Part shown: positions 19,360-27,520 of the stretch, one piece after another
How the letters are laid out: every line of letters starts with the position of its first letter
How positions within the stretch are numbered: position 1 is the stretch's first letter
From: Candidatus Norongarragalinales archaeon
GTDB taxonomy: Archaea > Micrarchaeota > Micrarchaeia > Norongarragalinales > Norongarragalinaceae
Direction of reading: 5' to 3'
Length of the DNA stretch: 64,000 nucleotides
Assembly: GCA_038884755.1 (NCBI GenBank)
Contig: JAWABJ010000001.1
Coordinates: 19,856 to 83,855, forward strand
Notes under the pieces: generated by a model
What the model was told of the DNA's origin: nothing
The model's database searches: none
The model's input: only the letters and a program-made list of their open reading frames with translations
Position numbers and translations under genes: made by a program

Positions 19360-19680
19360 TTAACCCAGTATTTCGCCAAGAGTTTTTCCGGTTGCCTTAC
19401 GCAGGAATGAAGGTTCAACTTGCCTGAGGCAATCGGCGTATTGCCCTGGGTGGTGAGACAAGTGCTGTACGTTCGCCTCATCCTTTAAATTCCCGCACTC
19501 GTTTCCCAAAGCCTGCGCCTGCGCAGCGAAATACTGTTCGTTGGACTGCGTTTCCAAAAGCAGTCCGCGCGAGTCTCGGTCCAACTGGGGTTTTGACGTT
19601 GCGGCGAAAGCGCTCCAAGCCAAGACCAGCGTGGAGCCGAAAATCACGGCGTAAAGCAGGTATTCGTTTTTCATTTCCAT
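19360..19680 (-). CDS. Membrane-anchored hypothetical protein with C...HLSHHP...C motif
   Basis: N-terminal TM; His/Cys cluster suggests metal binding. Confidence 0.6.
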   Translation of the reverse strand: MEMKNEYLLYAVIFGSTLVLAWSAFAATSKPQLDRDSRGLLLETQSNEQYFAAQAQALGNECGNLKDEANVQHLSHHPGQYADCLRQVEPSFLRKATGKTLGEILG

Positions 19681-19708
19681 TTCAAACCATCTCCGTTTTT
19701 TTTTTCAA

Positions 19709-20278
19709 TCACTCCAAAAACCTCGCCGCGTAAGCCGCGATTATCGCAACACTCGCGACGATGCTCGCCTTGAATGCGAAATCGAATTGCGCCGCGCTAA
19801 AATGCCTGATTACCGGGTATTTTCCGCCGATGCGAATTTTCTTGAAAACCCCCAGCATCATGATTATGCCTACGACGTTCGACAACACTCCGATAATCAG
19901 GAACAGTTCTTGGTATCGCGATAAAACCGTTGCGAAGGCGGCAAGCCCCACGAACGGGAGTGCGTCTGTGAAGTGGTGGGCGCAGCACGCGACCATGGCG
20001 CCTGTTGACATGCCTCCCGCTGCAGCAACGCCGCCCTTAGCTTTCGCCAGCGCCGTTTTTTCGGCAATCGATTTTTTGAGCGTGGCGTAGAGGTACGCTT
20101 GGGTGGCGAAGCCCATTACGAGCGCAGCAATCCACGGGAAAAGCCTTTTGAATTCTGCAGCAGCTACGTCCCACGGGTTTGTAGCAAGCATGAGCCCGAA
20201 GAATACGGCGAGCAGGAACGAGCCTCCCGCTATTCCAGCCAAAAGGGGGTGTTTCCACAACGGCGAACACGAAGCCAA
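19709..20278 (-). CDS. Membrane protein with MVACCAHH motif
   Basis: Multi-TM ORF containing STGAMVACCAHHFTDALP. Confidence 0.65.
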   Translation of the reverse strand: MASCSPLWKHPLLAGIAGGSFLLAVFFGLMLATNPWDVAAAEFKRLFPWIAALVMGFATQAYLYATLKKSIAEKTALAKAKGGVAAAGGMSTGAMVACCAHHFTDALPFVGLAAFATVLSRYQELFLIIGVLSNVVGIIMMLGVFKKIRIGGKYPVIRHFSAAQFDFAFKASIVASVAIIAAYAARFLE

Positions 20279-20287
20279 GCGATTACC

Positions 20288-20304
20288 TTTACAACTTTTG
20301 TAAA
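20288..20304. promoter_or_regulatory. Candidate operator TTTAC-N7-GTAAA
   Basis: TTTACAACTTTTGTAAA within the longer palindrome 20282-20310, just upstream of ORF 19709..20278. Confidence 0.6.
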
Positions 20305-20350
20305 AGTAATGGCGTGCTTCCGCTTAAATAGTTTTTGCTTTTCTCGGCGT

Positions 20351-21106
20351 TTAGCAGTCGAGGGAAACCTTGCGTTTTGCGGAATCGAGATGTCGGCAAG
20401 TGTCTTGCCTGCTTGCTGCGTAAGAATCGGCTTTGAGCTCCTCTGTGTCTACGCTGAACCCGAAGCTGCGCACTGCGGCGAAAGGCGAGAATGCCTTCAG
20501 GAGTGCGGAAGAGAACTTGAACCACGAAGATGCGTTTTTCACGTGCGCCAATTCGTGCAAGAGCACCGCCTCGATTTCCTTTTTGTTGAGAGTCTCTTGC
20601 ATTCCCACACTGACGAAAATGCTGGGATTGAAGAAACCAAGCGTAAATGCAGAAGGCTTGCCGGAATCGAGTGACCGCAGTTCCGGCGTTTTGGAAAGCT
20701 TCAGCCGCCTGGCTTCGTTTTCAACGAACCTGCGCAGGCCCTGCGGCGCTTTCAAGCTCGTTTGCTTGTAATAACGCGGCAGCATTATGAATCCCGCAAT
20801 CACGGTTCCGATTATGATAAGAGGCAGCGAATAGAGCAGGAATTGGGTTATTGTAACCGCGCATGTTATCGAAGCGACTTGGCAGGAAATGGACAATGCA
20901 AGGAAAACAAGCGGCGCGAACAGGAACGCCAAATGCAAATACACCAGCGAAATGCGCTGCTTGTGCGAGAGTGTTTTGTCGTTGAGTTTTAGGAACAATA
21001 GAAGCGCTAGTGCAAGCGAGGTTATCGAGAGGGTTACGTTGACGGGATTAGCGAAAAAACCTGCTACGACGTCAGCCAAATGCTCCAGCATCAGGTCTTC
21101 AAACAT
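20351..21106 (-). CDS. M56/M48 metallopeptidase (BlaR1-like, no C-terminal sensor domain)
   Basis: TM helices, PSAFTLGFFNPSIFVS, VLLHELAH, EELKAD. Confidence 0.88.
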   Translation of the reverse strand: MFEDLMLEHLADVVAGFFANPVNVTLSITSLALALLLFLKLNDKTLSHKQRISLVYLHLAFLFAPLVFLALSISCQVASITCAVTITQFLLYSLPLIIIGTVIAGFIMLPRYYKQTSLKAPQGLRRFVENEARRLKLSKTPELRSLDSGKPSAFTLGFFNPSIFVSVGMQETLNKKEIEAVLLHELAHVKNASSWFKFSSALLKAFSPFAAVRSFGFSVDTEELKADSYAASRQDTCRHLDSAKRKVSLDC

Positions 21107-21116
21107 TCAACCACAA

Positions 21117-21494
21117 TTACTTCTTGAAGCGCTCGTTAAAATAGCTTACAGCAGTGCTTCCGAAGCCCTCTATAAGCTTGTTGACTGCGTTTTCCAAAAC
21201 CGAGTATTCCAGGTCTTTCTTCGAGGCTTTCGCGCTGTAAACGTAATACTGCCCGCCTCTGCCGTAAAGCGCTTTGCGTGTAACCAGCTTTTTGTCGTGC
21301 AGCCTGTCGAGAATGACTGCCACGCTGGTCAAGGCGCTTTTGCTTTTCAGCTTTTTGTGAATATCGCGCACGGTCGCTTCGCGACATCTGCACAGCACTT
21401 CCAAAACCTCGCTTTCGAGCGGGCTGAGCAAAGCGTTCAATCCCTTGGTTTTCGATCCCAGCTTTTCAAAACGTAGGCCCTTCACGTCTACCAT
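21117..21494 (-). CDS. BlaI/MecI/CopY-family transcriptional repressor
   Basis: LSPLESEVLEVL...ATVRDI...TSVAVILDRL..K.LV.R...YVY wHTH; paired with the M56 gene. Confidence 0.88.
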   Translation of the reverse strand: MVDVKGLRFEKLGSKTKGLNALLSPLESEVLEVLCRCREATVRDIHKKLKSKSALTSVAVILDRLHDKKLVTRKALYGRGGQYYVYSAKASKKDLEYSVLENAVNKLIEGFGSTAVSYFNERFKK

Positions 21495-21526
21495 AGAATG
21501 AAAATGCCACTTGCCTTATTTAAAGC

Positions 21527-21599
21527 TTTACAACAAATGCAAAGGTTTATTAAACACCTGCGACACGAAACTTTCGTAAAGTTTTACAAATGTTGTAAA
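21527..21599. promoter_or_regulatory. Divergent promoter region with two operator-like palindromes
   Basis: TTTACAACAAATGCAAA (21527-21543) and TTTACAAATGTTGTAAA (21583-21599). Confidence 0.6.
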
Positions 21600-21600
21600 G

Positions 21601-22368
21601 GTGGTTGTTTTGAGCGAGCACGAACGAAAGGCGCAGGACTTTTCCATGCCCGTTTACGCGGCGATGGCGTTGTTGGTGCTGGTCTTGGCTTTCAACCAAT
21701 ATCAGCTTTCCACGCTTTCAAACCAGATATTGCTTTATTCAGCGCCGGCTTTGGGCGCAGGCGGCAGCGTCGGGCAGCAGCCCGCTTCTGGCGCAACCTC
21801 TGGTGCAAGCTTGCAGGCGGTTGTTGACCGCGTGATTCCCAAGGGAGTGCCGGACGTTTACGGTTCAGAGTTGGGTGTGAGTTACGACAAGCCCGTGGAA
21901 AGCCTGACGATTCTGGGAAAGCTTGACGGCGACTTGTATCCTGACGGCACCCTCAAGTTTGCGGATTTGGATTCTGACGCGCAGCAGAGGTACGTTGCGC
22001 TGGGGAAAATGATTGCTTGCGAGTACTGTTGCGGTGCGACCGAACTGGTTTTTTCTAACGGCCAGCCGGCTTGCGGCTGCCAGCACTCTGCAGCCATGCG
22101 CGGGCTTGCAAAGTATTTGCTTTTGAAACACCCCGACTTAGAAGACAGTGCGATTCTTGAGGAGATGGCCAAGTGGAAGATACTGTTCTTCCCCAAGCAG
22201 CACATTTCGAAAGCGGTTTCCTTCGCTTCGTCCGGGATGGATTCGAACATAAACCCGACTGATTTGGCTTCCAACGAATTCCGGGGCTTCAAGGCCTCGT
22301 CTTCATCGCAGTCTCAGTCTTCATCCCAAAACATCGCAAACGCGCCCGACATGGTCGGAGGTTGCTGA
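21601..22368 (+). CDS. Membrane-anchored Cys-rich protein ending NAPDMVGGC
   Basis: TM anchor, CEYCCG...ACGCQHS cluster, Ser/Gln linker, terminal MVGGC. Confidence 0.75.
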   Translation: MVVLSEHERKAQDFSMPVYAAMALLVLVLAFNQYQLSTLSNQILLYSAPALGAGGSVGQQPASGATSGASLQAVVDRVIPKGVPDVYGSELGVSYDKPVESLTILGKLDGDLYPDGTLKFADLDSDAQQRYVALGKMIACEYCCGATELVFSNGQPACGCQHSAAMRGLAKYLLLKHPDLEDSAILEEMAKWKILFFPKQHISKAVSFASSGMDSNINPTDLASNEFRGFKASSSSQSQSSSQNIANAPDMVGGC

Positions 22369-22462
22369 AATGTACGGAAAAAAGAAAAAGAAAGGCGGCT
22401 GTTGCTGATGGTTTTTTCTAAAAAGAAAAATCAAGTGAAGAAAAAACAATGGAGGTGTTGCA

Positions 22463-22681
22463 ATGAACCAGCAGTTGGTTTTCGGAGTTTTGATAGGCGT
22501 TTTGGTAGTAGTGAGCGCGTTCCAAGCTGTGCAACTTTCGCAATTGAACGCGCAAGTGCAGTCCGGAATCGCGAAAAATTCTTTTGAACCCCGATCAGGC
22601 GGGAGCGCGCAACAATCCGGCGGAGACGTTCAGTTGCCCGCAGGACTCGCCAACGCTCCAAACATGGTGGGCGGTTGCTGA
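22463..22681 (+). CDS. Small membrane-anchored protein ending NAPNMVGGC
   Basis: GGAGG SD, TM anchor, Gly/Ser linker, same C-terminal motif as the upstream gene. Confidence 0.75.
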   Translation: MNQQLVFGVLIGVLVVVSAFQAVQLSQLNAQVQSGIAKNSFEPRSGGSAQQSGGDVQLPAGLANAPNMVGGC

Positions 22682-22721
22682 AGAAAATCCGCCCCCCCTC
22701 TTCACTCCCCAGTAAGGCCGC

Positions 22722-23342
22722 GTGTTGTTAATGAAAATTTTGTTGTCTGCATTGTTTGCCTTGGTTGCGTTGGCCGTTTTAGGCAGTAGTCTTATTTCCG
22801 CCTACTCCCCGCAAAACGCCGTGATTTACAAGAACGAGGCTTGCGGTCACTGCTCTTCTTACATTTTGAGCCTATACAAATTCCTGGAATCTGCAGGAGT
22901 TAAGCAAATCGAAGTCAAGGATTTTTTGGGTGACGTACAGGCGCGGAGAGAGGTTGCAGAACTGCAAGAGCGTTTTGCAGTGCCTTTTGAAATGCAAGGG
23001 CACTTGCTTACAATCGTGGACGGAAAGTACTTGTTTGAAGGGCACTTTCCCCTAGACGTGATGGACAAGTTTTTGCGCGAGGAAGCGCAGGACTATTCTT
23101 CGCTCGTGGTAACGCAGGATTCTATGGAGAAAGTAAGTTCTTACTTCCACCTCAAGGACGGAAATGTTTTGGAATGTCCAATAGCCCAACCCATCTCGGA
23201 ATGCTCGCACAACAGACGACAGTCGCAATCGGGAGGATGGGATTTGCTTAAAGTGCGTGTTGGCGCCAACGCCGCTGTCTTGGGTTTGCTTGCTTTAGCG
23301 TTGGTGTTTCTGGTTTTGGTTTACGCGAAAGTGATAAAATGA
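22722..23342 (+). CDS. DUF411/CopG-like metal-binding protein with extra C-terminal TM
   Basis: YKNEACGHC...GH...VDGKYLFEGHFP. Confidence 0.65.
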   Translation: MLLMKILLSALFALVALAVLGSSLISAYSPQNAVIYKNEACGHCSSYILSLYKFLESAGVKQIEVKDFLGDVQARREVAELQERFAVPFEMQGHLLTIVDGKYLFEGHFPLDVMDKFLREEAQDYSSLVVTQDSMEKVSSYFHLKDGNVLECPIAQPISECSHNRRQSQSGGWDLLKVRVGANAAVLGLLALALVFLVLVYAKVIK

Positions 23343-24013
23343 CCCTTGAATCCCTCCTTCCGCTCGTGGCAGTTTCAGGAGTAATTGATGGCTTGCACCC
23401 GTGCGGCTTTGCAGTGCTATTGTTTTTCATCGCGTTCCTTCTTTCGCTGGAGCACAAGCGCAAAAGCATTCTGCTCATGGGCGCCGCGTTCATTTTCGGG
23501 GTTTTCATCACTTATCTCTTGATAGGCTTGGGGATTTTGAAAGTCTTCACTTTCTTCACCCCGCACTTTATATCAAAAGTTGGCGCGCTGCTGGCAATAC
23601 TAGTCGGATTAATCGACATTAAGGATGCGTTTGCAGGTACGAATACCCTCACTATCCCTAAGTTTGCTTCTCCTCACATAAACAAGACAATTGAGAAAGC
23701 AACCATTCCCGCCGCGCTTGTCGCAGGATTGCTTGTAGGATTATGCGCGTTCCCGTGCGCAGGCGGGATTTATGTTGCGGTGTTGGGACTGTTGAACGCG
23801 CAGGCTACGGCGTTGGATGGCTTTGCGCTGCTTGTGCTTTACAACCTGATGTTCGTCTTGCCTCTAGCGCTCGTCCTACTTTTCGCTTCAAACGCGAGCG
23901 TGATAGACGGGATAGAACGGTTCCAGCATAGGCACAAGAAGGCATACAAGCTTGCATTGGGGACGATAATGATCTTATTCGGGCTGCTGATTTTGTACGG
24001 CGGCTTCATGTAG
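23339..24013 (+). CDS. CcdA / cytochrome c biogenesis-type membrane electron transporter
   Basis: DGLHPCGF and AFPCAGGIY paired PC motifs, YNLMFVLPL. Confidence 0.82.
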   Translation: MTLESLLPLVAVSGVIDGLHPCGFAVLLFFIAFLLSLEHKRKSILLMGAAFIFGVFITYLLIGLGILKVFTFFTPHFISKVGALLAILVGLIDIKDAFAGTNTLTIPKFASPHINKTIEKATIPAALVAGLLVGLCAFPCAGGIYVAVLGLLNAQATALDGFALLVLYNLMFVLPLALVLLFASNASVIDGIERFQHRHKKAYKLALGTIMILFGLLILYGGFM

Positions 24014-24037
24014 AAGGAGGAACCAATGTTCCTCCTT
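24014..24037. terminator. Perfect 10-bp hairpin directly after the ccdA-like stop
   Basis: AAGGAGGAAC-CAAT-GTTCCTCCTT; function uncertain. Confidence 0.35.
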
Positions 24038-24070
24038 TCTAAACCTCTTCCTTAGGTGGGGGTGAATGGA

Positions 24071-24181
24071 ATGATTTGCAAGAAGTGCAAGAGGGTTTTT
24101 TACGACTGCTGCGGAATAAGCCCGGTCTGCGAAAAGTGCGCTAAGGGAATGAGCAAGTCGGAAATAGTCACGCTTCTCTAA
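24071..24181 (+). CDS. 36-aa Cys-rich microprotein (absent from the ORF track)
   Basis: Manual translation MICKKCKRVFYDCCGISPVCEKCAKGMSKSEIVTLL*; GGGGGTGA SD-like upstream. Confidence 0.55.
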   Translation: MICKKCKRVFYDCCGISPVCEKCAKGMSKSEIVTLL

Positions 24182-24250
24182 ACGACGAGCAGTTCAAAAG
24201 CGCTTTAAACTTGAGCCTTCTTTTTAGTTTTGTGGGGAGGAGTTGGTAGA

Positions 24251-25003
24251 ATGTCTAGGCTTAGCGGTAAGGTTGCCGTGGTTACGGGAGGAAGCAAGGG
24301 CATCGGCGAAGGTATAGCCCGCGTTTTCGCGAAGGAAGGCGCGAAAGTCTGCATTGCGGACGTAGATTTTTCTAACGCGAAGAAAGTCGCGTCCTCCATA
24401 GGCGCGAATGCGCTTGCAGTAGCGTGCGACGTTTCAAAAATGGCAGACGCGAAAGAGGCCGTCGCGGCGACGGTCAAAAAATTCGGCAAGCTGGATGTTC
24501 TAGTGAACAACGCCGGAATATACCCTTTCAAAAACTTTCTCGATTATTCCGACGGCGAAGACGATTGGGAAAAGACCATGGCTGTAAACCTCGACGGCGT
24601 GAAAAACTGCACGTTGGTTGCGGCTAGGCAGATGAAAAAGCAAGGCAGAGGGGGGCGGATAATAACCATTTCCAGCATCGCCGGGTTGAAAGGATATCGA
24701 GGTCTGGTTCACTATTGCGCAACCAAAGCGGGAGTGCTTGGGTTCACGCGGGCGTTGGCTTTGGAACTGGCGCCTTTGAAAATCAACGTTAATGCAGTCT
24801 GTCCCGGGCTTATCGACACGCCGGGAGTGAGAGCTTTGGGGATGACCAATGAAGTTGTTAACGCAACAGCCAAAGCCATTCCAGTGCAGCGCCCGGGAAA
24901 ACCCGACGATATAGCGTGGGCGTGTGTGTATTTGGCGAGCGAGGAAAGCAGTTTCGTCACCGGTCAGGCGATAGTCGTGGACGGCGGCGATGTTGTAAAA
25001 TAA
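24251..25003 (+). CDS. Short-chain dehydrogenase/reductase (FabG-like)
   Basis: TGGSKGIG, NNAG, YCATK, NAVCPG. Confidence 0.93.
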   Translation: MSRLSGKVAVVTGGSKGIGEGIARVFAKEGAKVCIADVDFSNAKKVASSIGANALAVACDVSKMADAKEAVAATVKKFGKLDVLVNNAGIYPFKNFLDYSDGEDDWEKTMAVNLDGVKNCTLVAARQMKKQGRGGRIITISSIAGLKGYRGLVHYCATKAGVLGFTRALALELAPLKINVNAVCPGLIDTPGVRALGMTNEVVNATAKAIPVQRPGKPDDIAWACVYLASEESSFVTGQAIVVDGGDVVK

Positions 25004-25022
25004 AAAGAAGGAGGAGTGTAAA

Positions 25023-25250
25023 ATGGAATTTTCGAAAGCGATGGCGTTGAGGTGCACGCTGGTTTTGGGAGTTGCGGGAATGTTGTTTTCCGGTTATTTG
25101 AGCTTTGGGGAGCTTTTCGGAGTGGGCGCGGGCGGCTCTTGCCCCGCCGCGTCTGCGGCGATTTTGGGCGTTCCCACCTGCGTGTACGGCTTCGTGATGT
25201 ACGCCATAATCACGATAGTTTCCTTGGCAGGACTGACCGCGAGAGAGTGA
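25023..25250 (+). CDS. Small membrane protein resembling a VKOR N-terminal half
   Basis: FSGYLS...SCP...ILGVPTCVYGF. Confidence 0.55.
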   Translation: MEFSKAMALRCTLVLGVAGMLFSGYLSFGELFGVGAGGSCPAASAAILGVPTCVYGFVMYAIITIVSLAGLTARE

Positions 25251-25293
25251 ATCTGAAGCAAGGGCTATTAATTCGCGGTGCGCATTTTCTTGC

Positions 25294-26328
25294 ATGAAAC
25301 TGGTTTATCGCGAAGAGGAAAAGCTGAAGCTCGTCCCGCAGTCCCTAGAGGACTTGTGGTACTTGACGAAAGTGGTTAGCGCAGGCGATGTCGTTGAAGG
25401 GTATTCCTTCCGCAGTTTCAAGGCAGAAGGCAGGAACAGGCCTGTTACTGCCGAGAAAAAGAAGGTAAAACTTGAACTGCGTTTAGACAACGTGGAGTTT
25501 GCCGAGAGCGTGAACAAGCTTCGTTTGACTGGCGTGATACTTTCAGGAAGCCCGGAGGAGTACGTTTCTTTCGGCGAGCACCATACGCTTGACGTTGAGT
25601 TGGGCGAAAGCTTCGTTTTGAAAAAACGCTTGAGCACGCTCGAGGAAAGTTTTTTACAGGAGGCATTGAAGCGCACTGCAAGAACGAAAATAACGGTCGT
25701 GGTGATGGACGAGCATTCCGCTCGACTGGCACGCATAGACGCGCGGGGCGTCAAGTTTTCAGCGGAAATTGACAACAAGGCAAACAAGCGCGATCCAAAG
25801 AACTTCGATTCCCTGCAGGCTTCGTTTTTCCTGGAACTGGCGAAAGCGATAGAAAACGAGGATACCGTTGTAATCGCCGGCCCGGGTTTTGCACGCGACA
25901 ATTTCAAGAAGTTTTTGGAAGGGAAAAAACCCGAATTGCTGAAGAAAGCGCATTTCGAGCACTGCTCCACGGCAGAGCAAAGCGGGGTGTTTGAGTTGCT
26001 GAAAAACAGGGTTTTGGACAAGGTCATGAAAAACCAGCGCATTGCAATGGAATTTGCCTTGCTTGAAGAGTTGAAGATGCATATCTCCAAAAACGACGGG
26101 TTGGTGGAATACGGGGTGGAGAACGTAAACCAGGCGGTGGATTACAATGCAGTAGAAAAAGTAATGGTTTTGGATGAATTGGTGCGAAAAGACGCGAAAG
26201 CCAACGCGCTTGTGGAAAAGGCGAGGGAAAAAGGGGCGGAAATGGTGATTTTCGATTCGAACGACAACGCAGGGCGAGAGTTCGAGGCTTTTAAGATAGC
26301 GGCTTTGCTGCGCTTTAAAATACGTTAG
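25294..26328 (+). CDS. pelA: Pelota (mRNA surveillance / ribosome rescue)
   Basis: EDLWYL, LRLTG, GEHHTLDVE, AGPGF, IAALLRF. Confidence 0.93.
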   Translation: MKLVYREEEKLKLVPQSLEDLWYLTKVVSAGDVVEGYSFRSFKAEGRNRPVTAEKKKVKLELRLDNVEFAESVNKLRLTGVILSGSPEEYVSFGEHHTLDVELGESFVLKKRLSTLEESFLQEALKRTARTKITVVVMDEHSARLARIDARGVKFSAEIDNKANKRDPKNFDSLQASFFLELAKAIENEDTVVIAGPGFARDNFKKFLEGKKPELLKKAHFEHCSTAEQSGVFELLKNRVLDKVMKNQRIAMEFALLEELKMHISKNDGLVEYGVENVNQAVDYNAVEKVMVLDELVRKDAKANALVEKAREKGAEMVIFDSNDNAGREFEAFKIAALLRFKIR

Positions 26329-26330
26329 AA

Positions 26331-26519
26331 CTAGATTATGAATTCGTGGTCTTCACTCCTGGCTTCTCGCCTCGGGGTGGTGTGGTGGTGGAAAACCGCG
26401 ATTATTACCGCTGTCAATGCTATCAAGACGATGTTTGCCGTAAGCAGGCTGAAGCCGAAAATCACGGCCAAGCCGAAAACTTCCACGCTTTCTACGTTCC
26501 ACGGGTTCGCATATTCCAT
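26331..26519 (-). CDS. Small hydrophobic membrane protein
   Basis: 62 aa with a hydrophobic core and a GGAGG SD upstream. Confidence 0.55.
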   Translation of the reverse strand: MEYANPWNVESVEVFGLAVIFGFSLLTANIVLIALTAVIIAVFHHHTTPRREARSEDHEFII

Positions 26520-26831
26520 TTTTCTCCAACCTCCTTGGGGCGTTGGTTGGAGAAGAGGCGCCTCCTTGGGGTTACGTGTTTTTTATAAATATCAAGGCGC
26601 CCTTCCCACGCTTTTTTCCGTCTTCTTTTTTCGCCACCTCCTATGAAACGTTCAAACGCCGCATATTTATATATTTTTCCTTTTACCGAATTTCTGTATA
26701 AAATTATACTTATGCTGATATTTTATAATTTTTTGTATTTTTTACGCTATCCCATCAGATTTTTATAGTGGGTTTTGCATAGTGTTGTTGGTGGCTGTTG
26801 TTTTTAGCTGTTAGCACGGAGAGGAACTGCT

Positions 26832-27518
26832 TTGGATTATTCTGTTTCAGACGCTGTTTCGGAAGTGCTTTCGGAAATGCATTTTCTCCGCTTTTCGCTG
26901 CAGGAAGATTTGCTTAACTACTCCGCTTTGGCGCGTTTCCTCCAGCCTTTCGTGGAGGCGAAAGTGGGCGGGGAGGCTGGTCAGGATGCCATAGTCCTTG
27001 CAGTAAAGAAATACCGCGAGTCTTTGCCCAAGGACGCTTTTCACGTGTTCAAAATCCTGGCGCAAACGAAAATTTTCCTTAGGACGGGAATGAGTTTGAT
27101 TCACTTTTCTCGCACGTACGCGTTGCACAAGAAGCTCATTGACTTCCAGCACAACATAGACTGGGCTTCGGGTGAGAAGATGTACCTGCTGCAGCGGAGC
27201 GAGGAGATTTCGGTCGTTGCGCTTTCGAAATACGAGCGGGATTTGCTGGCGTTAGGAAAGGGACAGGTTTTGAAGGATTATTCCAACCTGGCGCTCGTGA
27301 CCGTGCACCTTCCGAAAGAACAGTTCGATTCTTTCGGAGTGCTGGAGTACCTGGCGAGGCAGTTCAGCGACTTGGGCGTGAGCATAAAAGAGGTTTTTTC
27401 TTCGCACGACAAGGTTTCCTTCCTTTTCGAGGGAAGCAAGGCTTCGCAAGTGTATGAAAAGCTGAGCAACGCGGTCAAGGCGAGCCGCGAGTTCGTTGCC
27501 GAAAAGGCGAAAGGCTGA
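26832..27518 (+). CDS. ACT-domain-containing regulator-like protein
   Basis: LLNYSALARFL N-terminal motif; C-terminal GVLEYLARQF...GVSIKEVFS ACT fold. Confidence 0.7.
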   Translation: MDYSVSDAVSEVLSEMHFLRFSLQEDLLNYSALARFLQPFVEAKVGGEAGQDAIVLAVKKYRESLPKDAFHVFKILAQTKIFLRTGMSLIHFSRTYALHKKLIDFQHNIDWASGEKMYLLQRSEEISVVALSKYERDLLALGKGQVLKDYSNLALVTVHLPKEQFDSFGVLEYLARQFSDLGVSIKEVFSSHDKVSFLFEGSKASQVYEKLSNAVKASREFVAEKAKG

Positions 27519-27520
27519 AT

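Noticed and set aside
22335-22682. MVGGC as a ubiquitin/SAMP-like GG conjugation tail, or the two DNA copies as a mobile-element repeat
   Set aside because: No beta-grasp fold and no E1/JAMM gene nearby; the proteins are membrane-anchored; the DNA similarity is explained by peptide conservation
11723-24181. Copper island as an active mobile element
   Set aside because: No integrase, transposase, tRNA attachment site or flanking direct repeats were recognised
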